Source: a virus
Lineage: Duplodnaviria; Caudoviricetes
IMG/VR virus record: IMGVR_UViG_3300030372_000592
Span: 1 to 38,403 of that record
Reading direction: 5' to 3' (one strand)
Length of the DNA stretch: 38,403 bases
The notes under the pieces are model-generated. The model had not been told where the DNA came from and did not search any database. It was given only the letters and a program-made list of their open reading frames with translations. Shown in pieces: positions 1-7,954 of this stretch. Both the position numbers and the translations under genes were made by a program. Numbering within the stretch: position 1 is the stretch's first letter; each line of letters starts with the position of its first letter.

Positions 1-49
1 CTGTGGATGTGTCTCTGAATGTGAGAATTGGAGACGCTAAAAAAATATG

Positions 50-78
50 TTGCATAAGTCAATATAATTGTTTAATAT
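50..78 (+). promoter_or_regulatory. sigma70-type promoter
   Basis: TTGCAT(50-55)-17 nt-TAATAT(73-78); ATG at 85 lies 6 nt downstream. Confidence 0.6.
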
Positions 79-84
79 AGAGTA

Positions 85-420
85 ATGTCAAACACTAAAA
101 AAAGAAAAGGAGATGTTATGACACTAGAAACTAAAAAAATCACTGGTAAAATCAAACAGAGCCAGTTTAACGAATACGAGGTAATCAATAAGGGTATGGA
201 AAAAGCCTACGGGAAACCTATGTATGACCTGTCAGAAGCTACGATAGACTTAGGCTCTATCGTTGAGCAGTTTCTCAATGCAGTTGAGCGAGAAGAGATG
301 AAACTCAAGAAGGGCGAACAAGCTCTTAGTGAGTTAATCTCAGAGCATGGGACACAATTTCCCATGAAGCTCAATGGTCAAGAGGTTGTTATCCGTATCA
401 ACGGAGCAGTCTCGAAATAA
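85..420 (+). CDS. Hypothetical protein (alternative start ATG 118 behind AAGGAG)
   Basis: 111 aa ORF with promoter upstream and a hairpin downstream; no recognised motif. Confidence 0.7.
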   Translation: MSNTKKRKGDVMTLETKKITGKIKQSQFNEYEVINKGMEKAYGKPMYDLSEATIDLGSIVEQFLNAVEREEMKLKKGEQALSELISEHGTQFPMKLNGQEVVIRINGAVSK

Positions 421-433
421 AACCCTTCCACAT

Positions 434-469
434 GAGACAGCCTCAGCCATCTCGGCTGGGGCTCGTCTC
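434..469 (+). terminator. GC-rich stem-loop, possible terminator
   Basis: GAGAC-AGCCTCAGCC / GGCTGGGGCT-C-GTCTC with 5-nt loop, 13 nt after the stop at 420; U-tract is poor. Confidence 0.45.
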
Positions 470-504
470 GCCCCTTGTCTTGTCTCGCAAAAATTCTCGT
501 CTCG
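462..504. repeat. Three CTYGTCTCG direct repeats with 17-bp period
   Basis: CTCGTCTCG 462-470, CTTGTCTCG 479-487, CTCGTCTCG 496-504; further GTCTCG at 409-414. Confidence 0.75.
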
Positions 505-737
505 AAAAAAAAATCGAGCCACGTTATAAACTTTTCTGAACGAAGTACATTATTAATCTTTTATGATACTGGGCGAAGCACCTTTTTCAACCTAACTCTA
601 GTTTTTACAACTAGACTATGGGGGAGGGTATAAAGAAAAAAAAGACTCACACACAATTTTGCCCTATTTTTTACTACTGGTATGTGTATCTATAGAATCT
701 AAGGTACAGTTCGAATATAGATATAGTCTTATTTGGC

Positions 738-986
738 TCAAATTACCCTCAAATCCTTCGTTTTTTGTTTTCTTCGAGGATAAGTACCAATATTGTATTT
801 TTCTAGTCGTTTTCGGAGTTCTACGAGCTCATGTTTTTCGTGTATCTCGCAATAGTTTTCTTTATTGTATTCTAATTTGTAATAAATATGTTTTTTTCCA
901 GTAATATCCTTAATTACTGTGAAGCCTGGTAGTGCTGCAAAGAGCAGTGTTGATAGGATTACCACTACAAAGAGTATTTTTTTCAT
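738..986 (-). CDS. Small exported or membrane-anchored protein
   Basis: MKK plus hydrophobic stretch typical of a signal peptide; AAAGG upstream; candidate promoter TTGTTT(1049-1044)-17-TAAGTT(1026-1021). Confidence 0.7.
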   Translation of the reverse strand: MKKILFVVVILSTLLFAALPGFTVIKDITGKKHIYYKLEYNKENYCEIHEKHELVELRKRLEKYNIGTYPRRKQKTKDLRVI

Positions 987-1219
987 GTGTTTGCCTTTTA
1001 TGTAACATTTCCAACGTTATAACTTACAAATAATAAATCTTAGAAACAAGAACCTTTTTTAAAATTTAGTATTTTTTTCTATGAGGTAGCTTTTATTCAT
1101 ATCCCAAAATATTTTTGTAAAAATTTTCTTTTCTTTTTGGATATTACGTAGTAATATCTTTTTTCTTTAGTTAAGAATAGTTAGTATATTTAAGAATATT
1201 TAAGCCCCTACGTAGTTAC

Positions 1220-1248
1220 AATATAAGTAAAAAACAACACTTTGTCAA
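1220..1248 (-). promoter_or_regulatory. sigma70-type promoter (leftward)
   Basis: TTGACA(1248-1243)-17 nt-TATATT(1225-1220). Confidence 0.8.
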
Positions 1249-1274
1249 GTAAAATAATTAAAAAAAATAAATAC

Positions 1275-1303
1275 TTGCAAAACATACTAGTTTGTTGTAT
1301 ATT
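1275..1303 (+). promoter_or_regulatory. sigma70-type promoter, probable leaderless transcript
   Basis: TTGCAA(1275-1280)-17 nt-TATATT(1298-1303)-6 nt-ATG(1310); no SD. Confidence 0.7.
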
Positions 1304-1309
1304 GTTTAT

Positions 1310-1507
1310 ATGAAAAATTACGGAAAAAACGATGCACGTGACTATTGTGCAAACTGGAACAGTGGTGAATGCCTTGGCTGCATGATGCGTACTGACGGTA
1401 ATGTTTTAAAGATTCGTGTCGATTCAAAACTTGCAGGCAAAGATTGTATTATCAATCAAGGGTGCGACTACTTTGATATGGTAGTTGTACCTTCAATCCC
1501 TAAATAG
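1310..1507 (+). CDS. Cys-rich small hypothetical protein
   Basis: ATG 1310 preferred over TTG 1292, which lies inside the promoter; five Cys suggest metal binding. Confidence 0.75.
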   Translation: MKNYGKNDARDYCANWNSGECLGCMMRTDGNVLKIRVDSKLAGKDCIINQGCDYFDMVVVPSIPK

Positions 1508-1516
1508 AGAGAAAAT

Positions 1517-1864
1517 ATGAAGGACATAGAAGTAATAGATTATATAGAAACAAAGTATCCTGAAATGGCGAAAAGATTCAAAGAGATACTAGATGAAGAG
1601 TACAGGCTCTTTTGTCGAAAACAACATGATTACGGAAGCGACAACATAACTCTAGGAGAAGATATCAGTACCGAAGAAGGTCGCATGGTATCTTTGACTG
1701 CTTTGGTTGTTCGCATGAATGATAAGATTAATAGATTAAAAACTATTATTATCAAGAACAAAGGTCGTAACGCAGTTACACAAGAAACATATATGGATGC
1801 ATTTGTTGATTTGTCTATATATGGAATTATAGCGCAGCTAGTGGCAGAAGATAAGTGGGGTTGA
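1517..1864 (+). CDS. DUF1599 / nucleotide modification-associated domain 1 protein
   Basis: KQHDYG..N, RMNDKINRL and ET..D...DL..Y.II motifs. Confidence 0.85.
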   Translation: MKDIEVIDYIETKYPEMAKRFKEILDEEYRLFCRKQHDYGSDNITLGEDISTEEGRMVSLTALVVRMNDKINRLKTIIIKNKGRNAVTQETYMDAFVDLSIYGIIAQLVAEDKWG

Positions 1865-1938
1865 TAAAAACAATCAAGCTTAGACTAGAAGCTGTAATAA
1901 TTAAAATACTACTTAAACTACTATTTAATCGGAAGTAA
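1861..1938 (+). CDS. Putative 25 aa peptide MIKTIKLRLEAVIIKILLKLLFNRK
   Basis: TTGA overlap with the upstream stop; fills the gap exactly to the next ATG at 1941. Confidence 0.4.
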   Translation: MIKTIKLRLEAVIIKILLKLLFNRK

Positions 1939-1940
1939 TT

Positions 1941-2906
1941 ATGAAATGGAAACAAGAAGAGCTTAGTGTCTTAAACCTGTATAGAGACGGAACAAAGACA
2001 ATAGAACAAATCAGAGGTTATCTAAAAAAATCTGGATATAGAAGAACTTATAAGTCTGTAGCCAGAAAACTAGAAACCTTAAATATAAAAAAACCTTTAA
2101 GCAATTACAGTAACATTGATTTACCAAAAATATTAATTCTAGATATTGAGACCACTCCTATGGGTGTGTGGACTTGGAGTCTTGGAAAACAATATGTTGG
2201 TCATCACGCAATTATGAAAAACAAAAATGGTGCAATGATGGATTGGCATCTACTAAGTTGGTCAGCTAAGTGGTTGTATGATGGCGAAGTGATGAGTGAC
2301 GTGTTGACACCTAGAGAAGCTAGAGCTAGAAATGATAAGCGTATCATGAAGTCTGTCTGGAAGTTACTAAACGAAGCAGATATTATCATAGCTCATAATG
2401 GAGATAGGTTTGACCTTAGAAAAATAAATGCTAGATTTATAGCTAATGATATAAAAGCACCTCTACCATTTAAAACTATAGACACACTAAAACAAGCAAG
2501 AAAAGAATTTGCGTTCTCTTCTCACAAGCAAGACTTTATAACTAAATTTTTAAAGTTAGAAGAAAAGCTAGATACAGAGTTTCAATTATGGATTGACTGC
2601 ATGAGTGGAAATCAAAAAGCTTTAGATAGAATGGAAGAATACAATCGTGGAGATGTTGTAGGTCTTGAAGATATGTATCTTAAATTAAGACCATACATGA
2701 AATCTCATCCGAACATAGCTGTTATGATTGATGATGACTGCTGCACTGTTTGTGGAAGCACACAGTTAAAAGCTACTAAAAAGTTTTATTATACTGGTAG
2801 TAGTAGATATAGATTATATAGCTGCAAAAGCTGTCATTCTCCATACATTAGAAGTAAAAATAGTCAAAGCAATAAAGAAATTACAAAACGTTCTGTTTCG
2901 AGATAA
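1941..2906 (+). CDS. RNase H-fold (DEDD/DnaQ-like) 3'-5' exonuclease with C-terminal zinc ribbon
   Basis: ILDIET (ExoI), HNGDRFD (ExoII), YNRGDV (ExoIII); CTVC...CKSC. Confidence 0.88.
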   Translation: MKWKQEELSVLNLYRDGTKTIEQIRGYLKKSGYRRTYKSVARKLETLNIKKPLSNYSNIDLPKILILDIETTPMGVWTWSLGKQYVGHHAIMKNKNGAMMDWHLLSWSAKWLYDGEVMSDVLTPREARARNDKRIMKSVWKLLNEADIIIAHNGDRFDLRKINARFIANDIKAPLPFKTIDTLKQARKEFAFSSHKQDFITKFLKLEEKLDTEFQLWIDCMSGNQKALDRMEEYNRGDVVGLEDMYLKLRPYMKSHPNIAVMIDDDCCTVCGSTQLKATKKFYYTGSSRYRLYSCKSCHSPYIRSKNSQSNKEITKRSVSR

Positions 2907-2907
2907 C

Positions 2908-2936
2908 TTGACTTTTGTACACTTTTTGATTATATT
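2908..2936 (+). promoter_or_regulatory. sigma70-type promoter, probable leaderless transcript
   Basis: TTGACT(2908-2913)-17 nt-TATATT(2931-2936)-5 nt-ATG(2942); no SD. Confidence 0.75.
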
Positions 2937-2941
2937 ATAAT

Positions 2942-3706
2942 ATGATAACTAGAAAAATAAATAAAATTAATCATCCGATATATAGTAGTATAGATGAGTT
3001 TCGAAAGGATAACCCTAATTTGTTATTAGTTAATAATTGGAGGGAAGGCACCGAAGGTAGCTGGGTAGTTTCAGACGACGGACAAGTTTGTGAGGTTTTG
3101 AAACGTGGGACAATGCTCAGAAGAGCAGGTAGTAAGCAAAAAAACTATTACATTAGGGTTCCTCTCGGAACGTTTATATGCGGTGATAATATTAAAATGG
3201 AAGGTGAACCTAGAAGAAACCTTTATTCTTTTGGCTTGACTGACACTAGTGTCTATGAACACAAGGTCGAAAAGAAAAAGACCACGCAAAGAGAATTCCT
3301 TTTTGCTCAATACGTAGCAAAAGGGGAGGATGTAGTAGATGCTTTTGTAAAAGCATTTCCAACGAATAATAAATCGTACGCTGAGGGTCAAGCCAAAATA
3401 TTAATGAAGGCTAAAAGGATTCAAAACATGATTAGAGAAGAAATAGATAAAGTATTAAATGATGCAGATATAACTCCACTATATCTTTTAGAACAAATGA
3501 GAGATATTGTTGACAAGTCAGATTCTAATGATAGAGATAAAATACAGGCTTTAAAAACATTAATGCAAATTAGCGGCATGATGGACACAGAAAAGAAAAC
3601 AGAGTCTGTTGCTGTATTCCAAGGATTTACAAAAGAACAGTTAGATGCCATAGGGGGTGGTAATGTCAAGGAACTTGCGTCGGTTGAAAGAGAGATTGAA
3701 AACTAA
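2942..3706 (+). CDS. Terminase small subunit with N-terminal extension
   Basis: C-terminal half resembles TerS (FAQYVAKGEDVVDAFVKAF helix-turn-helix, DKIQALKTLMQISGM); upstream of TerL. Confidence 0.7.
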   Translation: MITRKINKINHPIYSSIDEFRKDNPNLLLVNNWREGTEGSWVVSDDGQVCEVLKRGTMLRRAGSKQKNYYIRVPLGTFICGDNIKMEGEPRRNLYSFGLTDTSVYEHKVEKKKTTQREFLFAQYVAKGEDVVDAFVKAFPTNNKSYAEGQAKILMKAKRIQNMIREEIDKVLNDADITPLYLLEQMRDIVDKSDSNDRDKIQALKTLMQISGMMDTEKKTESVAVFQGFTKEQLDAIGGGNVKELASVEREIEN

Positions 3707-3869
3707 GAATTGTTATTTTTGCTATACAAAGTTAATGAATAATGTCATAGTTATTCACGATATTGATGTTAATCAATACTTTGCTCAATGCTCTCATTGT
3801 ATGACAGTTTATAATCATGATTTTAATATTGAACATCTAGGAGTTCCTAGGCAAATTGGGATATGTTAA
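3696..3869 (+). CDS. Small zinc-finger protein
   Basis: CYFC...CSHC; start uncertain (TTG 3696 or upstream). Confidence 0.55.
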   Translation: MKTKNCYFCYTKLMNNVIVIHDIDVNQYFAQCSHCMTVYNHDFNIEHLGVPRQIGIC

Positions 3870-4228
3870 TGAGTAAAGAAAAAAATAAAATAGCCGTTTA
3901 TGGAACCCTAAGAAGAGGTGAGGGTAATTTAGGTAGAATAGAAAATACATCTTTAGTTTATCCAGGTCATCAAACATTTCCAGCTATAATACAAAACTCA
4001 AAAGGAAAAGGAACTGTGGTTGAGGTAAGAGATGTTACGGAAGAGCAGTTGATGAGATACGATATGTATGAAGGGGTTGCATCTGGACTATATAAAAGAA
4101 TAAAAACCAGTGTTGATATGCAAGACGGAACAAAAGAAGATGCGTGGGTATATGTAGCTGGAGATGAAATGATGCAAAGAAGTACTTCATTTCAAGTAAT
4201 TCAAAGCGGAGATTGGTACGATAGATAG
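3869..4228 (+). CDS. Gamma-glutamylcyclotransferase (AIG2-like/GGCT)
   Basis: AVYGTLRRG N-terminal motif, D.YEG...LY.R, AWVY; TAATG coupling. Confidence 0.9.
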   Translation: MSKEKNKIAVYGTLRRGEGNLGRIENTSLVYPGHQTFPAIIQNSKGKGTVVEVRDVTEEQLMRYDMYEGVASGLYKRIKTSVDMQDGTKEDAWVYVAGDEMMQRSTSFQVIQSGDWYDR

Positions 4229-5792
4229 TTTTAACATAAACTCAAGTGGTCAAAAAGAAAAAGACCGAGTCCTTAGCATTGTTGCAAATGATTTAATTGC
4301 ATTTGGTCAATTATTTTTGCCAGATGATTTTATGAAATCATCCCCAGCTCCATTTCATTATGAAGTAGGCAAAAAACTTTTAGACCCAAAATCAAGAAAA
4401 ATGTGTATCGTACTTCCTCGTGGTCACTCTAAGTCTACAATGGCTAAAGCAGCACTGCTGCATAAAATATATTTTAACCCACAAGGAAAAAAAGAATTTG
4501 CAGCTTGGGTATCTGAAGAACAGGGTCAAGCTGTAGACCATTTAAAATATATTAAAAACCATATGGAATATAACAACGCATTGAACTATTACTTTGGAGA
4601 TATGGTTGGTGACAAGTGGACTGAAAAAGAAATAACTACTAGTCGTGGTGATAGAATTATAGCAAAAGGTACTAGTCAAAGACTGCGTGGTAGGTCTGAA
4701 CTTGGTACTAGATATACAAAAATTATTCTTGACGACTTTGAATCAGAATTAAATACAAAAACTCCAGACAGAAGACGTGAGATAAAAGAATGGTTGATGT
4801 CTACTGTCTATCCGTCTTTAGAAGAATCAAAAGGCAACGAGGGCTCTATTTGGTTAATTGGCACTATCGTACATTACGATTCAGCATTACAGGCTATATA
4901 CGATGGATACCTCGAAGCTAAAGATAAAAAAGAAGAATACACATGGGATGTTATATTTCACAGAGTATTGGAAGATGGAAAGCCTCTTTGGGAATCTTAT
5001 TTTAATAAAAATAAAATAAATCAAATACGAAGAGACTATGAAAATGTAGGTCAGCTGCATAAGTTTGCCCAGGAGTATATGAATGATGCTAGGGACTTGG
5101 CTACTGCTAAATTTAAAATAGATAAGATACAACATCACGACTATGAACTTGTTAGCAATTCGAGTCAATGTTATCTTAAGGGGAATGAAACAGTAATACC
5201 TGTTAATGTTTATATGGGTGTAGACTTAGCTTATGAGTCAAATGCTCATAACGATTATCAAGTAATTATGGTTACTGCAGTTGACAGCGATAAGAACTTT
5301 TACGTGATTGATTACTACCATGAACACTTGCCACTTTATGAGATGCCACAAAAGATTTTTGAGCTAGCTAAGCTTTACTCTCCTATAAGGAGAGTAAACG
5401 TAGAGCATGTTGGAGCACAGGGAATTATAAAAGATTCTGTTAATCAAATTAGCGGATATGATAGAAAAATGGCTCCTGGCATAGCTAGAGGCGTTAGACC
5501 ACCACAAGGAATAAAAAAAGAAGATAGAATAGAATCATCATTATGTCCTATTGTAAACCGTGGAAAGCTTTATATAAAAAAGAACCATCAAGAACTTATA
5601 GATGAAATGTTTCACTTTCCAAAGGGAAAGCATGATGACCTGCTCGATGGTCTTTGGTATTCGATAACAAACGCCAGAGCACCACTAAGTAAAAGCTTTG
5701 ATGTTGCTAATTTTGACCTTGAAGATAGCAAGAATAAAAGAAGTAAAAAGAAGTCTTCAATAAGAAGTTGGATTACAGGGCAAAGAATTTAA
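4221..5792 (+). CDS. terL: Terminase large subunit (probable ATA start at 4221; ORF track start TTG 4317)
   Basis: Walker A PRGHSKST, Walker B IILDDFE, coupling motif IGTIVH, nuclease GVDLA and FPKGKHDDLLD; frame open from 4200. Confidence 0.95.
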   Translation: MDSFNINSSGQKEKDRVLSIVANDLIAFGQLFLPDDFMKSSPAPFHYEVGKKLLDPKSRKMCIVLPRGHSKSTMAKAALLHKIYFNPQGKKEFAAWVSEEQGQAVDHLKYIKNHMEYNNALNYYFGDMVGDKWTEKEITTSRGDRIIAKGTSQRLRGRSELGTRYTKIILDDFESELNTKTPDRRREIKEWLMSTVYPSLEESKGNEGSIWLIGTIVHYDSALQAIYDGYLEAKDKKEEYTWDVIFHRVLEDGKPLWESYFNKNKINQIRRDYENVGQLHKFAQEYMNDARDLATAKFKIDKIQHHDYELVSNSSQCYLKGNETVIPVNVYMGVDLAYESNAHNDYQVIMVTAVDSDKNFYVIDYYHEHLPLYEMPQKIFELAKLYSPIRRVNVEHVGAQGIIKDSVNQISGYDRKMAPGIARGVRPPQGIKKEDRIESSLCPIVNRGKLYIKKNHQELIDEMFHFPKGKHDDLLDGLWYSITNARAPLSKSFDVANFDLEDSKNKRSKKKSSIRSWITGQRI

Positions 5793-5801
5793 AAAAAACA
5801 C

Positions 5802-5830
5802 TTGACTTTTTAGGTGTTTTACATTATATT
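5802..5830 (+). promoter_or_regulatory. sigma70-type promoter for the morphogenesis operon
   Basis: TTGACT(5802-5807)-17 nt-TATATT(5825-5830); SD AGGAG at 5851-5855. Confidence 0.8.
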
Positions 5831-5862
5831 ATATAGTATATATATATTTAAGGAGTTCGACT

Positions 5863-7875
5863 ATTAACTACGTAGAAACTTTTGCAGAGAACGACGAAGC
5901 TCAAAAGAATAGAGATTTATGGAGAAGGTGGAGAGATGCCAGGTCTGACTGGGAAGTAGAAGCACGAGATGCTATAGACTTCTCTTTGGGGAATCATTAT
6001 TCTTCAGAAGAGTCAGATATGCTTCAATCAGTGGGGCAAGGCGATTTTATTATTGACAGGGTTTATGCTGCTGTTGACAAACTAAAATCTCTTCTTACTT
6101 CTCGTAATCCAAAATTCTCAGCAGTAGCTAGAGAAGATTCTGATTACAAACTTGCTAATGTTTGGAGAACAATACTAGAGTATGTTTGGGATGTATCAGA
6201 CTGCAACACTCATTTTAAACAAATAGTTCACGATTATTCAGTAGCTGGTCTAGGTTACTTTTACGTATACCTTGACCCAGAATCTGATTATGGTAGAGGT
6301 GATGTTAAAATTACCCATATCAATCCTTTTAGAATATACGTAGACCCAGCCTCAAGAGATAGATATTATGCAGACTCATCTGCTATGATTTTATCTACAA
6401 TACTTACAAGAGACCAATTACTTGGCTTATATCCACAACTTTCTGAAATGATTGATAGTATAGAATCGTCTAGCGACGAAGAAGACTATCCAGCATCAAA
6501 ACGTAAAAATTCATCAGCGTCATTTACACCTGATGTTACAAAAGATTACGATAGAGGCGGTTATGAAAAGTACAGGATATTAGAGAGATTTGAAAAAATT
6601 AAAGTTCCTTTTTATAGGATATTCAACAGAGAGACACAAGAAGAGAAAATAGTTGACCTTGATACTTTCCAGGGCATAGCTCAGGACAATGGTCATCTTT
6701 TAGAATCGGGACTGGTAGAAGCGGTTGAAGTTCTGCAGACACGTATTCGCCACGTAGCTACAGTCGGTCAAGTTCTTCTTTATGAACAAGTTCTAAACAC
6801 CGACATATATCCTATCGTTCCAGTCCCAAATATTTGGACTAACACTCCATATCCAAAGTCTGATGTAACAAAAGTAAAAGACTCGCAGAGATTAATTAAT
6901 AAGTTATTCTCATTAACATTGAGTCATGCTCAGGCTTCTGCTGGATTAAAGCTGTTAGTCCCAGAAGGAAGCGTGGATGACATAGGTCAGCTCGAAAGAG
7001 ATTGGGCTAATCCAAATGCTGTTATTGAGTATAATCCAGAGTTTGGAGAACCTCATTACCCAGCACCACAACCATTGGCTTCTGAATTTTATAATTTAAT
7101 TTCGAGAGTAGAGTTTTATATAGATTTAAATTTTGGTATCTCAGAGCTTATGCAAGGCTTTAAATCTGGTGCTCCAGATACAGTTAGAGGTACTTACTTA
7201 TTACAAGAAATGGGAGAGAGTAGAGGTCGCTCAAAATTGAGAGACATCGAAGGAAGCTTGGATATACTTGGTAAAGTTGTTTATAACTTTTCCAAAGGAC
7301 ATTACAAGTTTAAAAAGACTTTTAGAATTGTGCAACCTAATAATGATATTACAGAGTTTACAATAAACAATAGAATGTATGACGATAAGACGAATGAACT
7401 AATGACTATTGAAAACGATATCACATTAGGACAGCACGATATTCGGATAATATCAGGCTCAACGCTACCATCAAATAGGATGGCTGAGTACAATATGTAT
7501 TTAGATGCGTATAAATTGGGCTTGGTAGATGATGTCGAGGTTTTAAAGAAAACAGAAATCTACGACAAAGAAGGCGTATTGCAACGTAAAGGTGCTATGC
7601 AACAAATGCAAGGTTATATTAAACAACTAGAATCTGAGGTTAAGAAACTAAGTGGTGATTTACAAACTTCTGAGCGTGAAATGATAAACGCTAGAAAACA
7701 AACCATCACTCAGAAATTCAAGACTAATCTTGATACAGCCCTTAATCAAATTAAAGATAAGGAAAGAAAAAATCTCAACAAGATGGAAAATATAATTGAT
7801 AAAGCAGATTTACAGTCCAGATATGGAAGCAATGCCAACGAAGGCACGGATACAGAAGAAGGCGTTGAAGGTTAA
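5863..7875 (+). CDS. Portal protein, P22-like (probable ATT start at 5863; ORF track start TTG 5986)
   Basis: Follows TerL; YVDP, PIVP, KDSQRLIN motifs; C-terminal coiled-coil barrel. Confidence 0.9.
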   Translation: MNYVETFAENDEAQKNRDLWRRWRDARSDWEVEARDAIDFSLGNHYSSEESDMLQSVGQGDFIIDRVYAAVDKLKSLLTSRNPKFSAVAREDSDYKLANVWRTILEYVWDVSDCNTHFKQIVHDYSVAGLGYFYVYLDPESDYGRGDVKITHINPFRIYVDPASRDRYYADSSAMILSTILTRDQLLGLYPQLSEMIDSIESSSDEEDYPASKRKNSSASFTPDVTKDYDRGGYEKYRILERFEKIKVPFYRIFNRETQEEKIVDLDTFQGIAQDNGHLLESGLVEAVEVLQTRIRHVATVGQVLLYEQVLNTDIYPIVPVPNIWTNTPYPKSDVTKVKDSQRLINKLFSLTLSHAQASAGLKLLVPEGSVDDIGQLERDWANPNAVIEYNPEFGEPHYPAPQPLASEFYNLISRVEFYIDLNFGISELMQGFKSGAPDTVRGTYLLQEMGESRGRSKLRDIEGSLDILGKVVYNFSKGHYKFKKTFRIVQPNNDITEFTINNRMYDDKTNELMTIENDITLGQHDIRIISGSTLPSNRMAEYNMYLDAYKLGLVDDVEVLKKTEIYDKEGVLQRKGAMQQMQGYIKQLESEVKKLSGDLQTSEREMINARKQTITQKFKTNLDTALNQIKDKERKNLNKMENIIDKADLQSRYGSNANEGTDTEEGVEG

Positions 7876-7884
7876 CATTAAAAA

Positions 7885-7943
7885 GAGTCAAGTCTTACCT
7901 AGGAATATCGAAAGGTAGAGTCCACTTTAGAGTAAGAAGATTC
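7885..7943 (+). promoter_or_regulatory. Long imperfect hairpin with GAAA tetraloop in the scaffold leader
   Basis: Nested pairs GAGTC/GATTC, TCTTAC/GTAAGA, CTA/TAG, GGA/TCC, TATC-GAAA-GGTA; ends right before SD GGAAAGGA. Confidence 0.55.
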
Positions 7944-7954
7944 GGAAAGGAAAT

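Noticed and set aside
1-60. Direct terminal repeat or circular overlap with the right end
   Set aside because: The right end lies inside the amidoligase gene and shows no match to the left end
5825-5848. TA dinucleotide run as a microsatellite element
   Set aside because: Explained as the AT-rich -10 and start region of the portal promoter
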